Source: Perna viridis (taxonomy: Eukaryota). Taken from it: DNA of 64,000 nt. The position numbers were made by a program, and so were the translations under genes. The stretch lies in the NCBI GenBank assembly GCA_037379345.1, contig CM074520.1, forward strand, positions 38,164,664 through 38,228,663. The letters run 5' to 3'. The notes beneath the pieces are model-generated. The model worked only from the letters and a program-made list of their open reading frames with translations, did no database searches and had not been told where the DNA came from. Below, one piece after another: positions 40,301 through 53,569 of the stretch (position 1 is the stretch's first letter; every line of letters begins with the position of its first letter).

Positions 40301-41649
40301 AGTCTTCTAAGGTGTGTATATATATTCTTTGTAGGATCCTCCCAGGGTACTGGCACGTTTCTCCCAGTTTCCTTGTTATGGTCATCAAAACATGCCGTGG
40401 TAAACACATAAAAACCAATACACATCAATCAGAACTTTATAGATCTGGTATAAGCCTTTATGAGGATGCTGCTTATATTCATTCGTAGGGTTTCATTGTT
40501 TACATTTAATGGTTTTGGACAAGAATGATGTCTAGCTTGTTAAGGTTTAGTGTATCCTGGCGATGTCTTTACACTTACACCTCGACTTTTTATTTTTATA
40601 TTAGCATTGCTGCTTGGAAGATTAATAGTATCTACAAACTATTGTTTTCAGGTGAAGTAAGATGAATTTCCATTGTACGTTGTTGCTTTTATTTGTACCT
40701 GTGGATTTGAATTCGTTTATTCTGCTGTATAAATGTCATCATACTTCCTTTAAAAAAAACTAATTGAATAATACAGGGCTACACGTGCTACAAACTTTCA
40801 TTTATGAAGAGTAATATCATTGAATGCAAAATTGGGCAAAGGATAATTAAGCCAATTGCAGCATGCTTCTTTTGCCATTCGAGCTATTTGTGTCATAAAT
40901 GCAGTATCTATAAGCTTCTATAAGGATTTTCCTTATATCATTTGAAATTTAATAAGTTAACTTTTCTAATTTACTCTTTGGTACAAAAATTGTAAGGTTG
41001 TGTCGTGTGATATGCTCAAATATCAAATCTTTATTAAAACCTTTTCTATTGTTCGGTTCTCTGAAAATGAAAGTGTTTATTTTTACTAACCTTTACCAAA
41101 TGGAAGAGCTTAAACGAGCTTATCCACGGAAAACCCTTATATTATAAAGAACATGCTTGAAACATTAAGAGTAATCACACATCTACAATCATTTGAAAGG
41201 ATGCTTTGAACTTTGTTTGAAGGATTATTGCCTTCATGGAAAATGAACCATCAAATAAAATGAATTCAAATCTATTGAAATTGAGGAGTCATATACTACG
41301 AAATGATATATTTATGAACAAAAGAAGAATGTTAGTTTAAACGCAATTAAACAAATATGCACAACTTTAAAAGCAAAAATGCATGTTGAAAAGGCTCATA
41401 TTTTACAGTAATACCCAAACCTTTACACTCAATATTTCATATTATGATATCCAATATGCAGTTTAATCCTGTAATAAAACACATTACCTATGACCAGTAT
41501 GCAGGTCACCTTTACATAAAGTTGTTCAGTTGTCAGTGTATTCCAATCAATGGTAATTAAATCAAATTAATAGTATAAACGTAAACGTATACTTTGTAGT
41601 TTTATCTTGATATGTCATACAAACCTTTCAATTGACAGTGTTAAATAAA

Positions 41650-44600
41650 TCTATGTCACGTCGTGGTAATTTAACTGAAAGTTCCGATGGAAATAATGTT
41701 AATGATGATTAGGAAATTCTGAAATTATTTTCCGGCTTTTCACACCAGTCACGAAAATCGAACACTGTAACGGAAGTTGCAACGGTTTAAAAGGTCAGTG
41801 ATAATATTCAAATGGAGGCTACACCGGTTGTAACTGATGTCACAGAAGGTGAGAAATCGACAGATAAAGTCTATGTTAAAAAGTGTAAAAAACACTTCTG
41901 AGGGAAAAGCAGCCAGTGCTAGAAAAAGGGAGGTCGAAAATAATAAAAAAGATGGGAAAGCTTCATCAGGTAGTAGAGATGTGGTCAGCCTCACAACCTA
42001 GAAGTGTTTCGAACAAAAACACATAAACTCAAATAGAACAAGCCGATTTATTAACATCACTAATTGATTGGTTGACAGATACTTTAAAGACTACATTTGT
42101 CAGAAATTCGAAGGAAAAAATAAGTACGTTCGAGAAAATTGAGGACAAGAAGCTGTAACACAAATGAATTATTTTGTTGATAATGACTCCTCTTATGATG
42201 ACGAGCCAGATCATACTCAGAATTTTAATATTTTTAGTGATGAAACAGAACAGAACAGGTGGTTTTTGATCCAGATGAAAATTATTTCGATTACGAACTT
42301 CCCGTGATTTTTTAAAGGGGATGATAAATTTGGACAGAATACCAGTGATTCTATTTCTAGAGAGTGAGAATTTTTGTGCAAGGAAAGCTGACATCGCTCC
42401 CATTACTAAGTATTTGAAGATATTTTCAAATTGTAATAGTCTCGTAGTACCTTCTGTTAACCCCTGAAGTGTAGCAATACCTAGATAGAAGGTCTAGGTC
42501 AGCTGACTTGGGTCTCCAGACTATACAGAAACTTTAAGTGTATGGTATGATACCAGTGTTAATGAAAGCTGAAAATCTCAAATCAAAAACTGGAGATATT
42601 AAACAGATGAGATGTGTCTAAAGCTATTACTATTATTTTTAATGTTCATTTGGAACTTTCTGTTACGAGGAAGATGAGTCTTAAACCATTCAAAGATAAA
42701 AAAAAAGTTTCATCAGTTCTGCAACCACAATGAAGAGATAGGTATCAATCTTTTTGGAGATGATATAGGAAAGAAATTGAATCATATTAATGAGGCAAAA
42801 ATATCTCAAGTGTAAGAGTAAGAGGCAGAGGATATGGCCAATATCATACACAGTAGCAGAACAGTTTTTTGTTAAGAAGAAAAGACGAACTCCGTCAAAA
42901 TTATCAGTCAAAGAACACAATTCGCAAGAGACAGAGGCCAAAGCAGGTTTACATGCAGTCAAAAGAAAATAGTTTTAAAGGTGAGAAAATGTATCAAGTG
43001 TAAAAATACAACAGGCAATTTGAAGATTTTTTTCTTTAAATGTAATAACGTTACAAGTGATAAATGGGTGTTATCAAGTGTAAAAGGATATAAAATTGAG
43101 TTTGACAATTGTCCACATCAAACTAAAACTGTGCCTCCCAATTCAAATGATGCTGAAAAAGTTTCGATTCAGAAAAAGGTAACTGACATGTTGAGTAAAG
43201 GAACAATCATGAGGTACTTCAAGAAGAAAATTAATTTATTTCTAATATTTTTTGGTAAAAAAAATTGAAAGTACAGACCAGTTATAAATTTGAAAAAAAA
43301 ACAAATGAGTTTATCTCTTATCATTTTAAACAAGAGGATTTAGATGTTATCCTTAAAGGAATAAAAAGGGACAGTTATTTTACTTCTTTAGATTTAACTG
43401 ACACCTTTTGTGTCGATTGCAATGGATGAGACTGCTAAAAATATTTAAAATTTATTTTGAATGATGAGCTTTAACTTTTCCAATGTCTTCTTTTTGGCCA
43501 GGCATCTTCGTCTCGCGTTTTCACTACAGTGCTCAAAGTTCCCTTGATTACTCTCTTACATAGATGACTCATTGGTACAGGCAGATGGTTATGGATGTAG
43601 TGTCCAAATTACAGGGTAGGTCAAATCATTTATTGAATCTGTTGGCGCTCATATCAATTATGGAAAATCGAATTTTATTATACCTCAGATTATTATCTTT
43701 TTAGGATATATTATTGATTCAATTCTGTTCAAAGTTTTTCTACCAAATGATAAGATACAGAAAATTATTGAAATGTCAACATTGATTTTAAGGAATTCAA
43801 AAGTGTTGATAAGAGATGTAGCAAAGCTTATAGGGTTATATTATAGTGCCCGGTATGCTATAACAAATGCTCATCTTTTTCATAGGTATTTGGATATTGC
43901 TAAACCTCAAGCTTTATAAGATTCAAACAATGATTACATTTTTTATGTCCCTAACTGATAGGAGTAAAGACGAAATGCAATGGTTTTCTCTGTGTTAACA
44001 TATTAATGGAGTTCATATCCAAATGAAATCAGATAGTTCTACAGGTAGCTATATAAATAATCAAGGTGGTTCAGTGTTATTTGTGTTAGAAATTACTAAA
44101 TACATTTGATTTTGATGTATAAATAAAAAAAAATATTTATATCTGCAGTATATTTTCCAGGAAAGGAAAAAGTGGTACCTGATAATTTATCAAGGTGTTT
44201 GAAGGATACCTCAGAGTGGAGACTAAAGCTTCAATATTTAGAAAAATATTGACTCATTTTTTTAATATTTTTTGTAGCAGAAATAGATTTGCTTACTTCT
44301 AGACCTTTTTGTAAGTTGGTATCCCAGTCCTCATGCTTGGGCGACTGATGCTCTTTCTATTACATTGCGATATATCAATCCATATGTTTTTCTTCCTTTC
44401 AGTCAGATTAGCAGAGTTTTGATCAAGATCAAGGAGTACAAGGTAAGAAAAGCAATTAAAAATAGTACCAATGTGGACCACTCAGATGTGGCTTCCAATG
44501 GTTTTAGAATCATTTATAGCTTCTTTAATAAAGTTGCCACCGTGCGCGGATTTACTAACATTAGTACACAACAAGCAAAAATGTTCTTTGTTGTGTATGT

Positions 44601-44905
44601 CTGTTTTCCATGTCTGGTTTTTGTGCCTGGATTATATTCTTTTGAATACCACTATAACCTTGGTTTCCTTGATTACTCTTTCAGGCAAACCAACAAACAT
44701 TATATTACATTCTTGGAGAAAGTCCACCAATATCCAATATGAACATGTTTGGAGAAAATGGTATTGTGGTGTCATAAACGACAGCCTGATTCCCTTGCTT
44801 CACATATGAGTTTGTTTTTTGATTATTTATCCGTGTTATTTCAAGAGGGAAAGTCTTACAGCTGTATTAATTCACATAAATCTGCAATATTATCAGACAC
44901 AGGCA
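41650..44905 (+). mobile_element. Decayed DIRS1-like tyrosine-recombinase retrotransposon (gag remnant, RT, RNase H, MT-like domain, start of YR)
   Basis: broken frames give TSDKWVLSSVKGYKIEF, YRPVINLK, HFKQED, FTSLDLTD, SSRVFTTVLK, YIDDSL, FLGYIIDS, SYINNQGG, FPGKEKVVPDNLSR, PYVFLPFSQISRVLIKI, PMWTTQMWLP, SWRKST..QYEHVWRKW, GKSYSCINSHKSAI in DIRS order; many stops and frameshifts. Confidence 0.88.
44581..44680 (+). mobile_element. Penelope-like 3' terminal fragment nested in the DIRS element
   Basis: atgttctttgttgtgtatgtctgttttccatgtctgg...ccttgattactctt. Confidence 0.85.
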
Positions 44906-45135
44906 ATGATACTTTTCAAACAAATATTACTCGGAGTGGCGATAATACATGTAAACGATGCAAATATTGCGTGATTTCGGTTATTCTCGAACTCGCCGGC
45001 GAGATTCTAAAATTAATATTGATTGCACAATACTTTCTACATCCTAATGCATTAAATGTGTTTGATAAAACATTTACTTTACTTTTTTTCTTTTCGGAAT
45101 GGGAGAAGGCATCTGACAACGGAAAATAAGTCGAT

Positions 45136-45232
45136 GCAATGGGGGATGGAGCAATGGGGAATGGGGCTATGGGGAATGGGGTATGGGGCAATAGGGAACG
45201 GGGGATGGTGCAATGAGGTATGGGGCAAGTGG
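45136..45232 (+). repeat. G-rich ~7-bp degenerate repeat (ATGGGG(A/C)(A/T))n
   Basis: gcaatgggggatggagcaatggggaatggggctatggggaatggggtatggggc. Confidence 0.85.
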
Positions 45233-45926
45233 AAAGTTTATCTTATACAGGGACTGTATTTAATTTCATTCTGAAGCATCTGTGACGTAAATATTTGTTA
45301 ACTGCTTATATAGAGAAAGAGTGGAAAAATTTTCCGTAGTGCATTTCAGCTAAATTTGACCTATCAATATCTTAAAAAAAATAAATTACAAACACTTTGA
45401 TGGTTATTTCTCGTGGTTATCATGTATAATTAATTGGTCAATGCAATAAAATCTCTGCGTTTTTTTTCCTGTATGTGCTACGCCTTATATACATTTTGCC
45501 CGATTCTTATACGAATTTTTCTTGAATTGTTAATGTTATTTACCACGCATGGAAAATGGTTAAAGACCAAATTCAAAAGAGAAAAACAAATATGTAAAAA
45601 AGGGACAGCAAATATGTTATGAATTGATTATCTGGTAACCTACCAATGCAATGTATTTCAGTGGTCATAACATGAAGTGGTAAAACATGTTTTGTCACAA
45701 TCATACTGTATAAATAATTCTGCTTCATTATATATTGAAGAAATCATACAATTCGACATTTTGCACGTTACTTTCTATATAAGATATACATAGTATATCT
45801 CTAGTGGAACTAAATAAATTGTGCGAGATAATTCATTTAGTTTTGTGCCCAAATGTACAAAATTTGCAACAAAGAAGGGGGTCCCAATCCTCGTAAACTC
45901 CCTTAATCCGCTGCGATTTTTTTCAA

Positions 45927-46093
45927 NNNNNNNNNNNNNNNNNNNNNNNNNNNNNNNNNNNNNNNNNNNNNNNNNNNNNNNNNNNNNNNNNNNNNNNNNN
46001 NNNNNNNNNNNNNNNNNNNNNNNNNNNNNNNNNNNNNNNNNNNNNNNNNNNNNNNNNNNNNNNNNNNNNNNNNNNNNNNNNNNNNNNNNNNNN
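45927..46093. other. Assembly gap (N run)
   Basis: run of n. Confidence 1.
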
Positions 46094-46600
46094 TGTTTCA
46101 ATCAATGCATTATGTGTCTATGACAAATACATTTTGTCTAACACAACGGTAAAAAAATATAGCATCAGTCATTTTTTTGTCAATATTACCAAAATGAAAT
46201 GTTTATGTAGAACTATGTCAACACTTTTTAGGTTGGGTTAGCCAAAAAAAATGTCGATGTCAACGCTTTTAATGTTGAGTTAGAAAAAAAACTTTTTCCA
46301 GTGCAGTAGACAAAATGTGTCTAACGCATATAAGCATTGTGTTAGACTTTTTGTGTCCTTCTCAACACTAAATTTGCTTTGATTTTTTTAAGGCAACCTA
46401 CTTTTGTGTCGACTCTGACAAATTGTGTTTTTAATGAAGTTGATATGGTCAAAATGTGACCAAGCAAAACGAAATAATCGTTTAAGTAGTCTATATTTGT
46501 ATTCCTCAATAATATGTTGACTGTACATGGTCACTATATTAAATGTTTCAGCCAGCAGTTACATACTTTTAAGGCTTAATATTTATGTACGTGTACATAC

Positions 46601-46614
46601 TTGTCACTGGCGTT
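46601..46614 (-). CDS. Candidate 14-nt micro-exon AACGCCAGTGACAA (phase 2 to 1, T-P-V-T)
   Basis: gatttttcatttcataattag|14 nt|gtatgt; would bridge the phases of 52789-52806 and 38430-38520. Confidence 0.3.
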
Positions 46615-47800
46615 CTAATTATGAAATGAAAAATCACACAACCTGTTTAACATGATTTTCGATGAACCCGAGAATCAGATTAAAAGATGGCAGGTAGATT
46701 ATGGCCATTAGACTAATACACAAGTGAATCACGTTTAATTAACAAATACAGGTGATAATCAAACTAGATGCTATGTTATTTACGGGTACACACGGAATTT
46801 TACCGGAATTACATACGTTGAACACGATTGGGATTATTACATGTACATGTTGTAGTTACTATCGGTAGTTAATCTAAAAATTATTTTTATATTGTTTATA
46901 TCTCTTTTCTTATCTGTCCAGAGACAGAATTAGTGATCTCGGGTATTTATAACCTCGTCTAAATACTAACATTGTCTAAAACTATCCAGAGATAATCAAA
47001 CACTAGTATTATACTCAGTCAGAATCTGAGCCGTAGCAAAAACATATTCATAACAAATAATAACAGTATATATCTGGTCCTGTTCTTCTAATTCAAAAAG
47101 GCTTCTAATGCGTTTACCGATTTCCTCCATACATGTAATAGACAATTTTTTCTTGTATTAACAGCGCAAAAAATGAAGACTAATCTGAGTAATCAAGTTC
47201 TGACAAGTGGCAAAAATATACTGAAAGAGTCCATCTCTCAAAATCTAATAGACTGGCCATTGAATTAAGAAATTCTCAACGTTATAAGTTGTACAGTATA
47301 TTGCCATAAATGAAAATACAAAGTCGTTTGATTTTTTTTAACAGAATTACCGAATTCCAGTCAGCTTTTAACCCTTCATATATGTTGGTAATATAGGTTT
47401 AAGGGGTGTGATTAAACACCACTCAGGTGTATTGAATACACCTATGACTTATAAAAGAAAAAGAGATCAAAACATTTAAATACTTTAAGTCCCTTGTGCT
47501 GGCGGTTTTGGCGTCCTTAACAATCCTAGCTTGCGTTTGAATCTTACCGTGGCAAATTCTAGACTACAACAAATGATGAAATTTATATTGCAATGAGCAC
47601 ATTTCTTGTTTGGTTAACTGTTTAATTATCCAAAAACTAGTATAAAAAATCTGTGCTTCGTTTCACCAATATAATAAATGTCATAACGTTTTTGTTATTA
47701 TAAGATACATTGTGTTAAGTTAATTGAAGACTGCCTACATCCTTACCAACTTACCCGAATACTATTGTCAAGCAAAGAAGGCGGCTGCAACCTTTTACTA

Positions 47801-47977
47801 NNNNNNNNNNNNNNNNNNNNNNNNNNNNNNNNNNNNNNNNNNNNNNNNNNNNNNNNNNNNNNNNNNNNNNNNNNNNNNNNNNNNNNNNNNNNNNNNNNNN
47901 NNNNNNNNNNNNNNNNNNNNNNNNNNNNNNNNNNNNNNNNNNNNNNNNNNNNNNNNNNNNNNNNNNNNNNNNNNNNN
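47801..47977. other. Assembly gap (N run)
   Basis: run of n. Confidence 1.
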
Positions 47978-50204
47978 TTTATTATTATTTTTTTCTCGTT
48001 TGTTTCAAAGCGTCTGCGAAGGCCGTTTTTGTTTATGTTTTTGTTTTTTGTTTTTTTTGCAAGTCAAGAGGCATCTATTTGAAAAAGTTATTTTTTTCTG
48101 TTTTCGGTGCAAGAATGCCACGCCAATGCGTCAATACTTCATTTCAACCAATCAAAATCAATGAAAATGCATTTTAATTCATTGATTAATATGAATAAAT
48201 AAACAAATGTTCGCATAAAATTTAATTTCTTTGTAAGAGCTGTTCTAGTAGTGGTTAGTATTTGTTGGACAACAAATCACAATTAAAATTGTTCTAAAAT
48301 GTAGTAACAATTGTCTAATACGATTGATGGTTCTTTCACTGTGATCAAAAAGTATAAACTACTGTAAGATAATCATCTTTTTGTTCAACAAAAGAGCTGT
48401 CTGCATGTCTCACCAAACTGCAGTGAAGGAAGGAAAACAATAGTGTGAAACTGTTTACGAGCATAGGCGTAGTAATCATATTTGAATTTTGCGAAACTTT
48501 TAGTTGATCTAAAATTTGTATTATTTGTTGAAGTTAACTTTATTTAAACTTTTGACTTTTCAATATTATATATAACATTGCCACACAATAAATAAAAAAT
48601 CTTTCTAAAGGGAATCATCCACAAAGTTTTAAATGCAAGAATGGCAATTTTTACATTTAATTTTATTTAAGGCTACAACTCTACATATTATACCACAACA
48701 CTAAATTAATTTCCCTGATTATAAAATGAAGTCCTCAAAAGGCTTTGAAATCACAAGATTGCCACATAAGAAGAACGCATTACAATTAGATTGATTTGTG
48801 TCTGTGTAACCTACCTTCGACGAATATAGTGGGAATATTAGGATATTGTAAGGCACCAAAAACTGTCCTATTAGAATCGAAATTAATCACGATAACTCAA
48901 TTTCATCATCGTTTACAAGGCTGGACCTCGATATTGATATTCAAACCATCGCTATTGGTAATTTTTTTTTTTAAATGACCAGTCGTTGTAAAACAGTAAT
49001 AAAATTGAGCTTCCTTTATTTGTTATTTACATGTACCACACTATACAAAACAATTGTGAACTAAATACTTTTGTTCATTGCGCAAACAATGAGTTCAAAA
49101 CTAGCGGAAAGGAACGTCAAAGTTTTAAAAGACGGATAAAATAAAGCAATGAAAACCAAATACAACAAAATAGGAAACATTGTCTGTGTTACGCAAACCT
49201 TGTTTACCTTGATTATTAATAAAAATATGGCATTGTTAATCTTCCTCTTTTTAAAGATAAGTCGATTTTGGTATCGGCCATTTTCTTCAATGTGTTAAAT
49301 ATTATTCTGCAAAGGATGCATTTTCTGCCAATACTGCATGTGCAATATTGTTAATCGATATTTGGCAGTTATTTTCAGAATAACTTGGGAACTACGTATT
49401 GCCTTTAGAACTGTAAACAATATGACGACCTCCGTGTCGATGTCGCTGAGAAAATTAGTCATACATTTGTTTCTGCATGTAATATTTCTCCTAACTGGAA
49501 ATAATAATTTGAATATTGAAATCGTGACTTGTTTTATGTGATGTATAAATAAATGGTATTTTTGTGTTATTTTGTAACCGTATGCTGGTCTATCCCTCTC
49601 TTTATGCATTCCACTGCAGACGACCGGCAGTCGTCCAAAAATATCTTCCGACAGTGAAACGGAACCTGTATCGCAATTTAACATGGACTGGACGCTGACG
49701 TTGAACATCCAGAATCTTAATGTTTATATGCATCTACCGCCAAATTCGCGTGCGTAATGATCCATGTGTAAAACAATTCATTTATATTATTGTGATAGGT
49801 GATTTTCACGATATAAAATTCAAAATAAATCATAAATTTACGAACTCATTTCAGCGCCCATTGTCAACCATTTCTTCATAAAAGTGCGTCGCCGGTTTCG
49901 CAAAAGAAGAAATACGGATCATTTTTCGGCATTAAATCACAAAGAAAATATTTTTTCTTAAATACTTTTAAAGTCATTAACATTTATAAAATATATGCAG
50001 ATTACAAACACATATAGCATTTTCTCCAGAATGTATTATTTTGAAATGAATGGGCAGACTCGCACGGATTTGCATACCCATACCGTCGCTAACATATTAC
50101 TCCACGCTGCGTCAATAAAGGCGCAATATAGGTGCTTTTTGTAAACCACGGAAAAAGGCAGTTTTATAGAAAAGACTAAAACCAATATTGTTTTTATTTG
50201 CAGG

Positions 50205-50369
50205 ATAAGCACAATACAAAACCACTGTCCTAGCATATCGGCAATATGGGTTACTCGGCGCGAAACGGGGGTAAATCGCTCCCCAAAGCCTCGTGAAACC
50301 CCCGTTTCTTGGCCTCACTCCCATATTTTCGATATGCTAGGATACTGAATTTGTATTGTATCTTTATTA
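50205..50369. mobile_element. Palindromic non-autonomous element (~65-bp imperfect arms)
   Basis: caatacaaa...tcctagcatatcg..aatatggg...gaaacggggg versus cccccgtttc...cccatatt..cgatatgctagga...tttgtattg. Confidence 0.7.
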
Positions 50370-51019
50370 GTTAAACAATAAAATTTCTGAATAAAATTAT
50401 ACATTGAAATATTGATTAATTGATAATTGTTAAATTCATAATGACAGAAATGGGAAACCGTTCAGGACAAGGATGATTGAACAATTGACTGAAATCATAC
50501 AGACATTCACCCTATTACACTCTAAAGGAATTTAAGCGTTTTCGGACTTATTTTCATTGGAAAAGTGCTACTAACAAAGACACATTGGACATAAAAAGAA
50601 TGCGTCCACGCTTAAAGCCAAAAGACATTGTCAGCATCATTAATGTCAAGAAATGCACGCAATGTCAGACATATCTTGACTGATAGACAAATCGTGCTTT
50701 ACTATATGTTATAACAATATATTCAACAGCTTTAAATAATGCGTTATTTCACATATAATTGGACTGTAAACATACTTTCCAGGTTGATAAAGTTCTAAAT
50801 TAACTGAACGTTTTGAGAATTTAAGACATGATAAAACATGAAACTTAATTAGAAGTCACTAATAAAATATGTCAAGTGATTTGAATAAAACAACACCTTT
50901 TTTACTGACATGGTATTTTATTTTAAGTTTTTATTTAGAAAAAAACACAATAACTATTCATTTACTTGATTTAAATATACAAATTCAGTTTGAATTAATA
51001 TTTGAGCTTCATCCATTTT

Positions 51020-51880
51020 TCAAGTTCACTCCATACATAGGTTTTATGGCAAGTTCACTCAATACATAGGTTTTATGGCAAGTTCACTCAATACATAGGT
51101 TTTTGTTCACACTAACATATGTTTATGCCAAGTTAAAAAATAAAACTTCTGAATAAAATTATACATTGAAATATTGATTAATTGATAATTGTTAAATTCA
51201 TAATGACAGAAATGGGGAAAATATGTCAGAAAATATGTCAAGTGATTTGGATAAAACAACATCTTTTTACTGACATGGTATTTTATTTTAAGTTTTTATT
51301 TAGAAAAAAAAAAAAAACAATAACTATTCATTTACTTGATTTAAAAATACAAATTCAGTTTGAATTAATATTTGAGCTGCATCCATCTATAACTTTTATG
51401 TCAAGATCACTCAATATATTTTGTATGACAAGTTCACTCAAAACATAGTTTTTAAGAAAAGTTTACTCCATACATACGTTTTATGCCGTCATTCCATACA
51501 AAGGTTTTTTTTTCAAGTTCACTCCATACATAGGTTTTATGACAAGTTCACTCAAAACATAGTTTTCAGGAAAAGTTTACTCCATACATACGTTTTATGC
51601 CGTCATTCCACACAAAGGTTTGTTTTTTTTCAAGTTCACTCCATACATAGGTTTTATGGTAAGTTCACTCAAAACATAGCTTTTAAGAAAAGTTTACTCC
51701 ATACATACGTTTTATGCCGTCATTCCATACAAAGGTTTTTTCAAGTTCACTCCATACGTAGGTTTTATGGCAAGTCCACTCAATACATAGGTTTTTGTTA
51801 AGTTCACACTAACATATGTTGTATGCGAAGTTCACACTATACATATGTTTTATGCCAAGTTCCTTTTATGCATAGGTCAT
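51020..51880. repeat. ~28-bp satellite (caagttcactccatacataggttttatg) with ~120-bp higher-order unit, plus local duplications
   Basis: direct reading; repeated translation in ORF 51421-51801; 50862-51015 repeated at 51229-51385. Confidence 0.9.
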
Positions 51881-52407
51881 ATGTCGACACTCATTGCTTA
51901 GTTGTCAAATATATTAATTTTCAAATCATTATGAAGTTACAAGTCTTTTTTATCAATCCTACACAATTACATGCATTGATATACCAATATGTATCACCTT
52001 TTCTCCACAAAGCCGATGCCATGTGTCTTTCCTCCTGCAAAATAGTAGTATTTTGTTACTTTAACGACAATATAAAACTACATTGATATTATACAGGGAT
52101 ATTAAAGTTCATTGAAAATAACAACCTAGTAAACTACATTTGTTTTTCAATCATGATATCTGTTGTTGGTACCTTCTGTGTACTTTTCTCGGTATGTACC
52201 ATTATTACCATTATATCTCAACACAAAATATTGATGTTGCCACATGTATGTTTCATGTCTCCGGTGCACTCCTGTCTCTGTTTAATATTGAAAAAAAGTT
52301 TTACGAAACAAATTGAATAAAACAAGTGACAATTTCAGTGCTAATTTGGTCGTATAATTACATTCAAGTTGATCACCGGGTTTTTTTTTTTTTTTTTTTT
52401 TTTTTTG

Positions 52408-52464
52408 CTTATATGTTCTTCGTTGTGTATGTGTCTGTTTTCCATGTCTCATCTTTGTCCCTGA
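52408..52464 (+). mobile_element. Short Penelope-like 3' UTR fragment
   Basis: atgttcttcgttgtgtatgtgtctgttttccatgtc...tttgtccctg. Confidence 0.7.
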
Positions 52465-52788
52465 ATCGCTTATCGCAGATACATTGCAGCTCTGTCAAAA
52501 ACTGTTTTTCTAACATTCTATATACAAATTCTGAACAAATCCAGTGATGCAGAGATTAATTAATGGTCTTTTCAAATAGAGAAAGCATCCTTGAGTGAAA
52601 TTATGTTGTAACATTGGTACGTTTTTAACATGCATGGGTCTGATTTTTCCCATTTTGCCTGATCGTACTTAGAAAGAAAATATTCATCCTTAACAGGTGA
52701 AAACATGTGTGAAATAATTAATTTTATTGTAGAGTGCTGTATACGCGAAGCCACTGTAAAAATGAATCAGTAGCGTAAATATACTCAC

Positions 52789-52806
52789 CCACAACGTTTA
52801 CAATCC
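52789..52806 (-). CDS. Predicted 18-nt micro-exon GGATTGTAAACGTTGTGG (phase 2 = D-C-K-R-C-G)
   Basis: cgttttgtttttag|18 nt|gtgagt on the minus strand; paralog of 29702-29719. Confidence 0.8.
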
Positions 52807-52886
52807 CTAAAAACAAAACGATTTCTGATTATAGATATTATTTATTATTACTGATTATAATTTTTTTTTTAAGATAATTTAAGATA

Positions 52887-53138
52887 AGTTTCCTCGTTTG
52901 CCTATCCCGGGCTTGTCTTTTATGAGCAACTCGGCGGGTGTTTTTAGAAAAGCAAAGGGCGCTTGTCCTACCGGTGCACCTAGTCCATGCTCCCAGTTTT
53001 TAGTGGAGTCCGAGTTGCTCATTTGCTTTTGTTATTTTGTATGTATGATTTTAGTTACTTGATGTTCTTTGATGTGTATGTTTATTTTCCATGTCTGGTC
53101 TTTGTCCCTGGATTACCTTGGTTCCCTTGATTACCCTT
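52887..53138 (+). mobile_element. Penelope-like 3' UTR/terminal fragment
   Basis: matches the reverse complement of 62151-62420. Confidence 0.9.
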
Positions 53139-53569
53139 ACACAAATGAGAAAAAACATCAGCTGGGTATAGTTCGTTTTTCTCCTGGTTTATTACGATTA
53201 TTCTTTTAAATACACAAATATAGTTTTTCTTTCAGCGTAATTCACAACTGATTGGTCAATGATTTTCAGATACATAACCATGAAAAAAATACTTTTCATG
53301 TTTGTGATTTTTACGTACGGCAATGTATCAATGAAATGCTACTTAGGTGTAAAATCGTTTGTTCTTTACAATATTCGTTAATTGTGTATATGAACAAAGT
53401 GGATTATCAATTGTATATTTAGTGTGGGTTTTTTTTTTTGTTGTTGTTATTGATGACGTATGTATATAATATGTTTAGATAAGCAAACAATGTGAACTAA
53501 AATTCCGAAAACAGATACGAGGCAAATTGGAAGACAAAATAATTAAAGATGATAGCAAAATGTACTCAC

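Noticed and set aside
45775-48164. ORFs containing X runs
   Set aside because: Artefacts of reading through assembly gaps
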